From the NCBI GenBank assembly GCA_039096225.1, contig JBBPEB010000002.1, forward strand, positions 806,001 through 870,000: a stretch of DNA of 64,000 bases, read 5' to 3'. Position numbers and translations under genes: made by a program. This stretch comes from Blastocystis sp. Blastoise (taxonomy: Eukaryota > Protista > Bigyra: Opalinata). A model generated the notes under the pieces. The model made no database searches. It saw nothing but the letters and a program-made list of their open reading frames with translations, and had not been told where the DNA came from. Below, piece by piece: positions 15,101-36,425 of the stretch; within the stretch, counting starts at the first letter, position 1; each line of letters begins with the position of its first letter.

Positions 15101-15394
15101 CGCATCTTCTCTCTATAAAATGAATTTAAAAAGAAATTATTTATATATATATATAGGTCATGAAGTGATTCCTGAGGGATTAACGGGTGTTTGTATTTGT
15201 GAGACTGGAAGAATAGTTCCTTTTCCTTCTAATTCTATTGGACAATTAAAAACTGATGAACTCTATTCGTGTAACCATCCAAGTATTTTTTTTTATTATA
15301 TATCTATTCATTTAATACTATATTTTATATAGAAATATGTGGTAATCTTTATCGAGGTGATTTTATTGTGAATATTCATATTATTCCATTTTAG
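12151..15394 (+). CDS. Secreted DnaJ/Hsp40 type-I-like protein with Cys-rich modules and a degenerate J domain (15 exons)
   Basis: Signal-like MPLNYQKVSILFINFIIITVCG; zinc finger CPLCHGKG, CPYCHGSG, CSHCHGYG, CPKCKG; CTD motifs EGTPNG, NLYINHNITLYEALHG, IPGLGIP, RGDFIVNI; Cys modules such as CGGWRATLHC..SGYCLC..CGHPVFTCRKVC; TAG 15392-15394. Confidence 0.8.
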
Positions 15395-16025
15395 AAATAC
15401 TTTTATTGGTTTTTGTAATACAATACAATTTCCATTTTATTTGAATTCAATTTTCTTCTTTTTTTGGTGATCATTTTTATTTATTAGATGTTTCTTAGTT
15501 TAAAGAAAATTGTATTTCGTAATTAAAGTATTTTTAACTCTTTAGACGAATCATTTAAATTTACAAATTAAAAACACTCAACAATTTATTGTACCCTGAA
15601 TCCATTTATATAAGAAAACAGAAAAAAATATCTCTGTCAACAATGCTTATATATTTTATTTTAAATTTTTTACGTATACTACATATTTATTTATTCCATA
15701 CAAACCTTTCCTTTTATATATACATTACAGTTAATTCAAAACAATTCAAAAAAATACTTTCTGCAAATTATTCTATGACTTATTTAGTGCTAGTATATTC
15801 GAATACTAAGAGATTGAGCGAACAAGTTGTGGGAGAAAAGCAATCATCCATTTTTACACTAACAACAAAGCCATCAGAGCCTAGAAATTGAATTAAAAAA
15901 AAATAAGCTGCACAAATATATCGTTTTGAATTCTCATGGGAAATTTCAAATTTTTAAAGAAAAAAGAAAAGTATTCCATACATTTGAAGACTATTGTTTT
16001 TTCTTCTTATTAGTCAAAACACATT

Positions 16026-20493
<4,468 letters not shown>

Positions 20494-21109
20494 TTATATG
20501 AATTAACTATATATATATATATTCATTTTTATTAATTCTTTTTATCATAATCATTACTATTGAGTTCTTCTTTTTTTTATATGGATAATAATATCTTTTC
20601 TTTTTACTTTTCTCATTTATTTTATATGTTTAATTATGAAATCCTTTTTCTCTTCTTTGTTTTGTTGTAATTACAGTAATACTTGTGTATATATTATTAT
20701 TATTCATTTCTTTTCAAATCGTTAAAATATGTTTTTTTTTTTATTATCAAAAATACTTCTTGTTTCATATTATTATAGATTTGCTATAAAAAAGTATTAT
20801 TACCCTTTCTATAGAAATAATAGATCATTCTATAAAAAGAAACATTTTTCGTTTCATAATTATTTTTAACAAAATATATAATCAACATAAATATAGATAT
20901 CTGAGTAAAAAAAAACATTTTTCCATTCTCTAAATATATTTATGAATATTTAAAAAAAATCATTTAATTATTTAAATATATAAAAATATATATATAAAAA
21001 TTCAACAATGAGCTAATACATAACATTTTTACCATTTTAAAGAATAAGATACATATAAAAAATATACATATATTTTAGTAAATAAATAAAATAATAATAT
21101 TTATAAAAG

Positions 21110-24677
<3,568 letters not shown>

Positions 24678-25257
24678 TATCAAGTTGAAATCAATATAAA
24701 ACTATCAATGAAGATGAACAGAACACCAAATTGTTTTTCTAATTTTATTTTCTCTTTTTTAAGAAATTTAAATCAGACACCCTAGAAAGACTTTTTTTAT
24801 AAATTATCCCCTACATATAAATATACTTTTATTTGAAGACGGTGTTGGAACCAAAGTGTCAATTCATAAATATTTTGTGATATATACCGTAAATGTTATT
24901 ATAATCACGATATTTTTATAAAACAACAAATTATGAATCCATCCGAAGAAAACTTTTAATCATCATTGTTTATTGAACTTTAAATACAGATATCTTATCT
25001 ATTTGACTATTTAAAGTATATTAGAGCAATCTACATATAGATTAGGAACGTTACAAACATTGCTACTGCAATTATGACAGTGATTTGATTAGTTTTTTTA
25101 CCAATAATAATACAAAACTAATTAATTCGAATACGGATTAATGTACAAGTCAAATTAGATCATAAAATAAATAAAAAAAATGTAAAAAAGTGAAAAATTA
25201 TTTAAAAAAAACAGAATTATTTAATAAAAAGAAGATATAATAATAAAATAAGTATTT

Positions 25258-25576
25258 TTATTCAGGGTCAATTTCATATTTTTCTTGTTTCATTCTAATA
25301 ATATCTGCTGCTGATCTATTGGGTTTAGGAGCTTTTCCCTTGGTATTAAAATGATTAATACCTTTTATATATGCAATATCAAATGTGAAGTCTTTAGGCT
25401 CAGTTGTAGTAATGGATATATTAAACTATATATATATATATATATATATAGTATTATAGTATTATTATAAAAGACTTTTAAAAGATATATATATATATAT
25501 ATATTTATATATAATACTCCAGAAACTTTTCGATTTCTAAATTCTTTTGGAACACTTGCATATCTAGAATAAGAAG

Positions 25577-25611
<35 letters not shown>

Positions 25612-26592
25612 TAAGAAATATACCCATTTTGAGTTAATAAAAGATTTTTGAATGGTAACTAGATATAATAATAATAAGAGTATAATAATAATAAGTTTAA
25701 TAAATTATATAAATACTTGAATAGTTGCCCAGTTTTCGTGAGGTACATATATATATCCCTGGAATAAATCAGAAGGGAACATAGAATCAGGCTTAATATT
25801 AAATACAAAACTATATATATAGATTATTATTATTATAAATTAATAAATATTTAATAATATTAATAATCTATATATATACCCTGCTTTCGATGTTCTAACT
25901 TTCATTTCAAGACCTTGATAATAATTCCAATTTAATGAAGGCTTAAAGGGCTTTAGAAAACATAGTATATTCAATTATATATATATTTATAGAGAAAAAA
26001 AAGAAAAAAGAAAACAAAGAATAAAATTTCTAATTAATATAAATAATAAATTCTATATTAATAAAGAATACAGTATAATAAATATATTTAGAAAGAGAAA
26101 AAATCAATCACAGAATAAAATTTCTAATTAATAAAAATAATAAAGAATACAATATATATATATATACTATAGTACGAAGTGCACAAAAAGTTTGTTTATT
26201 AAGTACTGTTCCTGGAATATAATCAGATAATAATAAATGACCTTCAAAACGACCTAAAAAAAAATATATATATATTAATAAAAATAATGATTAGTATACC
26301 AAAACGTTCTCCATTCTCATCTTCAATGATTTTAAATGAACAAGTAGACTTACCTAAATCATAAAAGAAATATATAAATATAAAAATATAACTAAATAAA
26401 CATAATAATATAAAAATACTTACCACCGTACATTTTATCAGAGTAAACATTAAATGGTTTCATGTCTTCTACACTATCAAACTTGAAGAACACCTTGTCC
26501 TTCACTTCAATCTTCTTCCAGAATAACAATGATCTCGTTATTGGAATCAACGAATTCCTTGTGTTTTCCATCAATGCTTTGATACCATTCAT
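25258..26592 (-). CDS. NDUFAF1: Complex I intermediate-associated protein 30 (CIA30)
   Basis: FNVYSDKMYGGKSTCSF..GRFEGHL..TFCALRT..YQGLEMKVR..WATIQLPFKNLLLT..FTFDIAYIKG. Confidence 0.8.
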
Positions 26593-27574
26593 CGTTACTG
26601 ATAATTGTCTTAAGATATATTTCTAATTAATAAATAAAGTTAGTTCACGTTCTATGTTGTCACGAAGTAACACAAGGTACAATTTCCTAATCAAGAACAA
26701 AGAAAAATACGCAGAATTCTCTGAAATGAAAACAATTTACACAAATCTACAGAGAACTTTTTTTCTTTAGAATTTCGCAGTCATTTTCTTATGTTTTGGA
26801 TTCCGTTTTTGTTGTGTTCATGTTGATTTCTGATGAATTATTATTGTTATTAATTCAGATATACTAAAAGAATATTCAAAATATTCAAATACAAATGATT
26901 ATTTCTTCATTTGTTAAAATATCGTATTATTTTTAATCGTATATATTGTTATTTTAATTTTAAGATATATATAATATCGATTAATCTACCATTCTTCAAT
27001 TACAAATCACATTATTATAATTCTTATTGAATGAGTAGAATTGAGATATTATTGATATAATGTACAATATGCTGGATTTCATTTCGTTTGAAATATATTA
27101 GCTTGTTGTCTGAATACGTCATAGATAGGTAGTAAACTATAAATGATAATTGAAGGAACATTTTTTGTAAAAAAAAGAATAGAATTACAAAGAATAATCA
27201 TTGGAATGAGAAATACAAAATATTATGCATTCACTATTATTATATTATAGAATGTTACATATGGATGTATTATTTTGTTTTATATTTAATGCATATACTT
27301 TTTCTATTCATTTTATATATATATATATTACATTTCAACAAAGATAAATGTATAAAGAAAGTTATGACGGCAAACAATCTGTGAATTAAAATAAATAGAA
27401 ATATATATATATATATATATTATTTCATTATTAGAAATGATTAAAAAATATAAACTAAAGCAAAACTCAGTATATATCAGAAAATAACAAAAACAATTAA
27501 AAAATAAAGAATAGAAAACATACATATAGAAAGACAAAAAAAAAACAACAAAATGAAATAAAATAATAATAATT

Positions 27575-28205
27575 TTATTCATTATCTTGTTGATCAAAAT
27601 GATATTGATAGTTTTTCATCAAAGCATAGAGAACAGTACGTTTAGCTTTAGGAAGTTTTAAAGTAGCACTCATAGCATGTTCTTTAAATATATCACTATA
27701 TAATAAATATAGGTATGTAAGATATTATTATTATTAATATTATCTGAGATATTATTATTATTATAAAAAATAATATTATTATTAATATTATTATATTATA
27801 TATACAGGAGAGAATGAAGATCAACAAGAATTAAACTAGTTTCAGGAGAAGATGCAGTCTCTATATAATAATAATTATTATTATTATTATAACAATAATA
27901 TATATATATATACTAGTAGGAAGAGTTTCAAAGTCTGTTAATAATGATTTAAATATATTGGTAGCAATAGAACGAGTAACAACTGGAGATATTTTTGTAT
28001 CTTCCATTAATTCTATGAAGCACACAGCGAATTTAATGAAAATAGTATTAGATATTTTAGGGTTACTTGTTGCTAATTCATTCATAAATGAATAAGTAAT
28101 AAGAATAGCACAACCTGTTCCTTCTTTATAGAAGAATTCTTGGAATAAATCATCCATAAACTTCTTAATTTCTTCAGATTTATATTGATTCTATAAAAAG
28201 ATATA

Positions 28206-28238
<33 letters not shown>

Positions 28239-28724
28239 TGTTAAATAATATTATGTATATACAGTTTTCAGTTTCACAAGTCCTTCTCTTAAGATTCTTC
28301 TTACTAAATAACAATATTTATCCATACGAAGTTTATCAATTCCACCCCATTCTCTATATATAGTTACCCAAAAACAATGTACATATAAATCAGCCATTTC
28401 TTCATTACTAAACTTTGGAATCTATATACATAGTATAATAAGACAAAAACAAAAAGTCTAAAAAGAAACACTTAAAAAAAGAATATTGCTACATACAAAG
28501 TTAGCAAGAGTATCAGCAAGTTCTTCTTGAACAGCAGGCTTATCAGACATCCAAAAAGTATAGAATAATCCTTTCCATAATTTCATCATATTAATTTCTG
28601 TTGTTTTCTTAATAGAACAAACGTTCTTTTGAATCAATTTGACAGCTTCATCTCTTTTCTCTTTGTCTACATGAGTAAGCATCTTACCCATCTTGTAGAA
28701 AGCAGAATCCTCGTCCTTTTCCAT
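27575..28724 (-). CDS. RRP1: Nop52/Rrp1 ribosome biogenesis protein
   Basis: KLWKGLFYTFWMSDKPAVQEELA; REWGGIDKLRMDKYCYLVRR. Confidence 0.92.
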
Positions 28725-29496
28725 TAGTATTTTCTATACCTTACAAAAATATCAAATAAAAGTGTTTTTATGGAAGAAAAGAAATCAACAGAAATTCTTC
28801 TGGAAAAGTCGTTTGTTCTCACTTTATTCACAAAAATAATCATGAATTCCTTTTTTCGTTTCTTTTTTTATGGATGGAAATTTACTTTTAAGGGTAGGCT
28901 TCCGTTTTGATTGATTTCTTATATATATTTAAAATTCTACTTATTTGAAGTAGATATGCATGTAGTACAGCTATAATTAATATGAATATGATCAATATAT
29001 TCGTAATGTTCAAATGATAATTCCTAAAAGTGTGGTTTTTTGGAAGATTTTATAAGAATTATAGGAAATAGGAAAACTAATAAATAGTAGAGGAGCATAC
29101 AAAATCAATTCAATCAAATCAACATGAAAATAATAATGTTTTTTGTCAAATTACATGTACTTCACATGTTATAACATAAAAACAAATTTGATAGAGTCAG
29201 TATTTATCCATGTATCCTAACAATATAAATATAAATAATATTTGACTCTTATTTGGTGAGAAATAAAAGAAAAAATATAAAAAAATGATTCTTTTGAAAA
29301 AAAATTTGGAATTTTTAGCAAAAAAAATATTATTTTTTCTTTAATACTTATTCAAATAAACTAAATAGATCACATAAAGATTGAGTATACAAATTGAAAC
29401 AAACGTAATATATACATAAATCTCTACATAAATAACACCAATAATTATTCTTTAAAAAAATATCAATCCATAAATAGATAAAAAAATAAGAAACAT

Positions 29497-30461
29497 TTAA
29501 ATATCTACAATTCTATACGTAACATATTTTCCTGCAGTTTCGGATCGTCTAGTGATTCTGACGACATCTCCTTTCTGTAAACCAAAATAACGAGCAATTG
29601 GATCCTTTTTCATTAATCGAGGTAACTATAGATATTGTAGTATATCAAGTATTTATAATAATAGTTATATACATATATATTAATTAATAAATAATAAAAA
29701 AAAAAAATATATATATATATATATATACTTGTGAGTCACTTAAACCATATTGTTTTAATAATGTAGCTTTCTCCTCAGGAGTTAATACAGTATGTTCAGG
29801 AACCTATTCATATAGCATAGAAAATACATTATAGTATATATAGAAAAAAAATTATTATTATATAAAATAGATAAATAATAAAGAATTAACGAATAAATAT
29901 AACATAAATAAATATTGATATATATATATATATATACTAATTCATGTTCTGTAATATCAATAATTAATTCACTTTCATAAAAGTATTCAATAATAATATT
30001 ATTTGTTCTCACTTCTAAAGCTTGTTTAGCTTGACTAGAAATAGCAGAAGCAAATATAAATATAATTCTAGATAAACCTAATTGAGGACCACAAGCTTTC
30101 TCTTGAATTCCCTTAATTTCACCAGTTGAAATCTATACAAATGATCAAATATATTTATATATATATTATAAAAAATATAAATAAATTAATTCAATACAGT
30201 ATTCTTTTCCGTATTTGAAGAAGCTATGAACTTCACAAGTAATTTATTTGATTCTGGATTCTTCTTACTTCCAACATATATTGTCATCTTCTCACGATCT
30301 ACCATTCCACTATATGTATAATTAGCTATAAATTGATCAAGAGGAAGATTAATATCATCAGGATCAACAGCGTAACCACGTTTATTCAACATCTTATATA
30401 CAGTTTGACGAACATGGAAAATGTTATAATATTTATCACTTTCACTCTTTTGAGCATTCAT
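29497..30461 (-). CDS. RPB5: RNA polymerase I/II/III shared subunit RPB5
   Basis: KMLNKRGY; [15 protein letters not shown]; [40 protein letters not shown]. Confidence 0.95.
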
Positions 30462-31093
30462 TTTCACAATAACCTATGCAAGAATTAAATTACACTATCT
30501 TATAATTACATACACTATTCTTATAGAGAAGAATATAGTTTTATTTTTCTTTTTATTCAAAACAAGAATTCATAGAATAACCATGAATACTTTGTTTATT
30601 TTGGGTATGAAACCATAAAAAACATGAAAACTTATTTCTTTTTTAAATCGTTCTTTATTCACTAGATTAGCAACGGTTTCTAGAAATATTATGCATATTG
30701 ATAGCAGAGTATTTCAATTTGATATTAATAAAGTTAATGGCGTAAATATAATTATAATGTTTTTATGATGATCATTTTTTTGAGAATATGTCTTTAACTG
30801 TGACTGTAAAACAATAGAAATAACTTATTCTTGTTGACTATGATATCCAATCAATGCTTAAAATAGTATATAATAAACAAATTCAGAATCGTCGTTTTTA
30901 TGTTAAGTATGTTTAAATTATTTATAAAAGAATGTCTAATCAATCTATTGAATTCATGCGTATAAGTATAGAGAGTATAATAATAATAGAACAATATATT
31001 TTTAGTTATCCAAATTCATTTGAAATAATCAAACAAAACACAAGTTTTTATAATTAAAATATATTCATAACATAGAAATATGATACTATGATA

Positions 31094-33280
31094 TTACTTC
31101 CATTGTCGAGTTTGCCAGCAATGATTGACAGGTCCTTGTCTTCCTTTACCAATATGTAAATAACGACTTTCTTTCAAACAATTACTGATATATCTATAAG
31201 GAATATAATGATTATTATTTTTGAAAATAAAAATATATTTTATAGATACTGTTTTGCTAGTTCAACACTCTTTTGAATTGAATTTCCAAGTGCAAAATAT
31301 GCAGAAATAGACGAAGCTAAAGTACATCCAGTTCCATGAGTATTACGAGTATATATATAAGGAGAAGAATAAGTATAATATTGATCTTCTGATGATATAT
31401 ATAAAACATCTATAGCTTCTAATAACTCATTATTCTAGAGAAATTATGATTATAATGAATAGAATTACATATAATATATATATATATATAATATGCATGT
31501 CCTCCTTTAATAAGTACACATTTGGAACCAAAAGAACTCAGTTCTTTCGCTGCCTTCTTCATCTCCTCTATATCATGGCTTATGGGATGACCTAATAAGA
31601 ACTCAGCCTATATATATATTATATATAAGATAAATAAAAATTATCTTTGATATAAAAATGAATACTATATTTCTATATATATACTTCGGGTTTATTAGGA
31701 GTAATGAGATAAGCTCGAGGAAGAAGATTCTTTTTAAGTGAATCCACTGCATCTTCCTTTAAAAGACTATCACCACTATATATATATATATATATATATC
31801 CATATGAAAATAGAAAGTAATCACATTATATATCTATTCAATAATAACATAATAATATATATACCTCGTAGCAATCATGACAGGATCTACTACTACTTTA
31901 GTAACATGATATTTATCGATCATATTACATACTACATCAATCACTTCTTTTGTTCCTAACATCCCTGTCTTCATCACATCTGTACCTATATCGCTGAGAA
32001 CACAATCGAATTCTTCTTCAATAAAGGACATTGGAGGAACATGAATATCTTTCACACCTTGAGTATTTTGAGCAGTTAAAGCAACAATTACATTTGTACT
32101 GAATACACCAATGGCCGTACAAGATTTAAGATCTGCTTGGATACCTGCACCACCGCCAGAATCACTTCCCGCCACAATACAAACGGAGGGAACAGAAGGA
32201 TAAGATTGTTTGGAATAATAATGACCTCCAATAAATGTAAATCCAATTTCATACCAATTCTCTACTACATAAATCGTCTTCTTAGCACTATATATTATTA
32301 TATATTATATATTATTATCATATATTTATTATAATAATACTATAAAACATACAATTCTTTAGGTGTTTTTCCTCCTACTAATCTATAGAGAGACATAACA
32401 GTATATCCAAGTTGTTTCATTATCTTCTGATCCTCTACAGAAGGACGTACCCAAAGAAGGAACTCACTTCCACTCTCAATTCCCGCGAATATATCAGGAA
32501 TACTTGGACCACTAATATATACACGATCCTTTAAGGATTTATCTATATATATAATATGAATAATATATATATATAATATATATATGTATATACCTTGTTC
32601 TTCTTGTCTTCCATCTTGAATATGAAGAGCATACTCCTTACCTATCGATAAGAAACGAGATATACCTTTATATTCCTCCTATATTATAAACATATAGAGA
32701 TATATATGAATAATAATAAATAATAATAAATAATATAAATAATATAATAATAAATAAAAAAATTAAAAATAAATAAATAATAAATAAAAAATACATACAG
32801 TAGTAAGAGTATAAGGATTAGGAATTGTTTGAATGGATTTTATGATTTCTTGGAATACACTCTCTTCAATAGGCTTGCCTTCTTCAACACCTTTACTCTT
32901 TAAAAGACTATATATATAACATTAATATACATATATAATAATAATATAAAAATACTCTTCAATTTTTTCTTTATAACTATTTATGGCTTCTTTCTATAAT
33001 TGAATATATAAATAATATTACATTGAATCATATATATATAATAACACGATTATAATAAAGAATATAATAAATATACATTAAGAGTATAATTAAAGAAAGC
33101 ATTCTTGTGGATGAATATATTTTGAAGAACTTGAGTCGTCCAAAGAGGAGATACCCCACTTTGCTGATTAAAGAACTCATATTCTAAACGCATAGCCTCA
33201 CTGTAGTAATGATATAAAGAATCTATATCATCCTATATTATAATGATAAATATCATATCATTGAGAGTAATCAATGATCA

Positions 33281-33323
<43 letters not shown>

Positions 33324-34163
33324 TATTTATATATACACAAGGAAGTTCATCAAGCATACAATCTAATACTTCAACTAATTCCTATATATATAGATACATA
33401 ATAAACATAATAAATAATAATAAACATAATAATAATAAATAATAATAATAATAAACATAATAATATATAAATACGGTCATCCAATCGGATGCATAAGTGT
33501 CAATCCATTCGGTATAATTATGTTTACCACAACCCTCATAAGCATGAACCATAAAATACGCAACAAACCAATAACTATATATGTATATATCTAATTAAAT
33601 TATATAAATGAATATGGACAATTTATATTTACTATTTGAATAATACAAACACATATATAATTCTAACAAAAACATTTATAAAAAAAAATAACATTCAAAA
33701 TAAATACAGTTTTCCACAAGGATTAATAGCAGATACGATATCACATAGAGGTCTAGAGGTATAGGCTTCTGTTAATAGATTTGTGTAGTCCACAGTTGCT
33801 TTTAGAGGAACGATATTATCTAATGTTACCCCACGATCAGCAGCTCGTTTCTCATGAATTCCTCGCTCATAAATAGCTGTTTTCGCCCAATCATCAAATT
33901 TAATAGCCATTTCTTCGTTACCCATATCTCTATAGATCTGAGCAGCTTTACGATATGCTTTTTCGTAAATACTAATCAAACTTAAACGACATTAGAGAAA
34001 CAAAATACGTTAAATAAAAGTAATCTTGATGTAAATATTCTAAGAATGCTCCGTCAGGAAGGTCACCATCAGCTAAACCGACAACGTAAGGACAATATAA
34101 AGAAGCATAGGCATCTTCAGTCGTATTCTCCCAGAATATTTCAGATGTTTTCTTACTCATCAT
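31094..34163 (-). CDS. Thiamine salvage fusion: TenA (thiaminase II) + degenerate HAD-like domain + ThiD (HMP/HMP-P kinase)
   Basis: TenA: FLEYLHQDYFYL, SAINPCGKLY, YTEWIDTY, AMRLEYEFF. ThiD: IVAGSDSGGGAGIQADLK, ALTAQNT, KTGML, DPVMIATSG, ITPNKPEA, KGGH, NTHGTGCTLAS, GPVNH. One continuous spliced frame; the linker-ThiD junction lies within one exon (~31865-32287). Confidence 0.88.
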
Positions 34164-34318
34164 CTACAAAACAATATATATAAGACACAAAAATGAGTTG
34201 TCATGAATTAAATGACACACAGATATAGAAAAATCTAAAAAAGTGCTGAAATTGAACTTGATTGCTCTGAATTTAATAAAATGTCTTTTTATTAAATGTC
34301 TTTTTGGTCTTCCTCATA
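34164..34318. promoter_or_regulatory. Putative bidirectional promoter (TenA-ThiD / FARS2, 155 bp between ATGs)
   Basis: Head-to-head gene arrangement only. Confidence 0.5.
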
Positions 34319-36167
34319 ATGTTTTTAATCAAATCTACGTCAAGAAATATACTAAACATAAAGTCTTCTATTTTAAAATGTTCTTCAATTCGTTGTTTTT
34401 CAGTTTTTGATGGTATGAAAGTTGTTTTATAAACGAATTAATTATTTAGGAATTCAGAAGGATGAATGGTTCAATATAACTCCTTCTATAGAATCAAAGA
34501 TTGGATTGAATTATTATATGCAACCTTCTCATCCTTTGAATATCATAAAGAAATCCATTGAAAGTTACTTTAAAGGATTAAGTGATACTCAATTTCAATG
34601 CATTGATGGTTTGAAACCAATTGTGTCTACATATCAAGCTTTTGATTCCTTGTTAATTCCCAAAGATCATGTTTCTCGTAGTTCTAATGATACGTTTTAT
34701 ATCAATAAAGATACTATATTAAGACCTCATACTAGGTATATATTCTTATTCTTTCTAGTAATAAATATGAATATGAATATAGTGCTCATCAAGTTGAGTT
34801 TTTAAGTAAAGGATATGATGCATTCACTGTCACAGGGGATGTATATCGTAGAGACACTATCGACAGTCGTCATTACCCTGTTTTCACTCAAATGGAAGCT
34901 GTCAAGTTGTTACCTGTATATAATTTTTTTTTGTTTTTTTTTTGTTTTTGTTTTTGTTTTTTTTTTAATTTTATTTTTGTTTTTTTTTTATAATGTTTAT
35001 AAATATATGTTTTATAGGGTATAAATGATAGTAATGTAGTTATTAATGATTTAAAGAAGACAGTCGAAGGAATGGTTCAATGTTTATTCAAAGGAGTGGA
35101 AATGAGATGGGTTGAAGGATATTTTCCATTTACTTGTAATTCTTTAGAATTAGAAATTAATTTTGATCATAATTGGGTTGAGGTATATATATATATATAT
35201 ATTTTTTTTATCATATTATTAGTAAACAGTTTTCAATATATAATTATTATTATTATTCTTTTAAGTATTACTATATAATATATTATATATATATATGTTA
35301 TTATTACTATAGGTATTAGGTTGTGGTCAAATTCAAGATCAAGTACTTAAGAATGGACATGTCAATGTATATATATATATATAGTTTATTTTAATATATG
35401 AATATAATAATAATATATATAAAGGATAAGAAAGGATGGGCTTTAGGTTTTGGTTTAGATCGTTTAGCAATGATTCTGTTTTCTATTCCAGATATTCGAT
35501 TATTATGGAGTCAAGATCCTAGATTCCTCTCTCAATTTAAAGGTTTATATATATATATAATTATAATATATAGTGTATAATACTAATAAGTCATATATAT
35601 ATATAGGATACGATGAAGGTATTAATGTAAATGTTGTTAATAAACATATACCTCATTTTATTCCTTTCTCTAAATATCCATCATGCTATAAAGATATGTC
35701 ATTCTTCTTACCTCAAGGAATGAAACGTATATATATGAATAATTATTAAATAAATATATAATAAATAATATAAATATAATAAATAATATAAATATAATAA
35801 ACAAAATATATCTTGAAACTCAACTAAAACTATATATTTCATTCAATTCCTATACCTATAGAAGATAGTTTTTCTGAGAATACTTTCTGTGAGATAATAA
35901 GAGAACATACGAATGATATGGTTGAGAAAATAGAATTAATTGACAGTTTCCATAATCCTAAGAAAGATAAGACTTCTTTATGCTATCGAATCACTTATAG
36001 ATCTCTTGATAGAAACCTCACAAATGAAGTATAATCTCTCTATTCTTCTTCTTATATTATTCAATTATTTACATATTCTATTTATTATATATCTATAGGA
36101 AATCAATGTCCTACAAGATCAAGTACGTAAAGAAGTATCCTCTATAATGAAAGTGAATCTACGATAA
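34319..36167 (+). CDS. FARS2: Mitochondrial phenylalanyl-tRNA synthetase (monomeric, FDX-ACB C-terminus)
   Basis: Presequence-like [15 protein letters not shown]; HPLNIIK; [12 protein letters not shown]; LRPHTSAHQ; [21 protein letters not shown]; [26 protein letters not shown]; [12 protein letters not shown]; [17 protein letters not shown]. Confidence 0.95.
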
Positions 36168-36425
36168 ATATATATATATATATATGAATAAAAAAAATGT
36201 GATATTTATCATTCTATTTTCGAATAATGTTGTATTTAAAAAACGTTTTATTAATATTAATAAAACAACAAATAACAAAACAATTCATTTAAATAATAAT
36301 ACATCCACTTTAATATACACATATCACATTAAAAAAAAAGAATAAAAAAAAATAGAAAGAATAATTAAAATGTAATAAATAATTCTTTAAAACCAAGATT
36401 AAAAAGAAAAGCAATTTTAAAAACT

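Noticed and set aside
31000-34320. TPP riboswitch in the thiamine salvage gene
   Set aside because: No CUGAGA core or TPP-like stems seen in the UTRs or introns; an Infernal search would be definitive.
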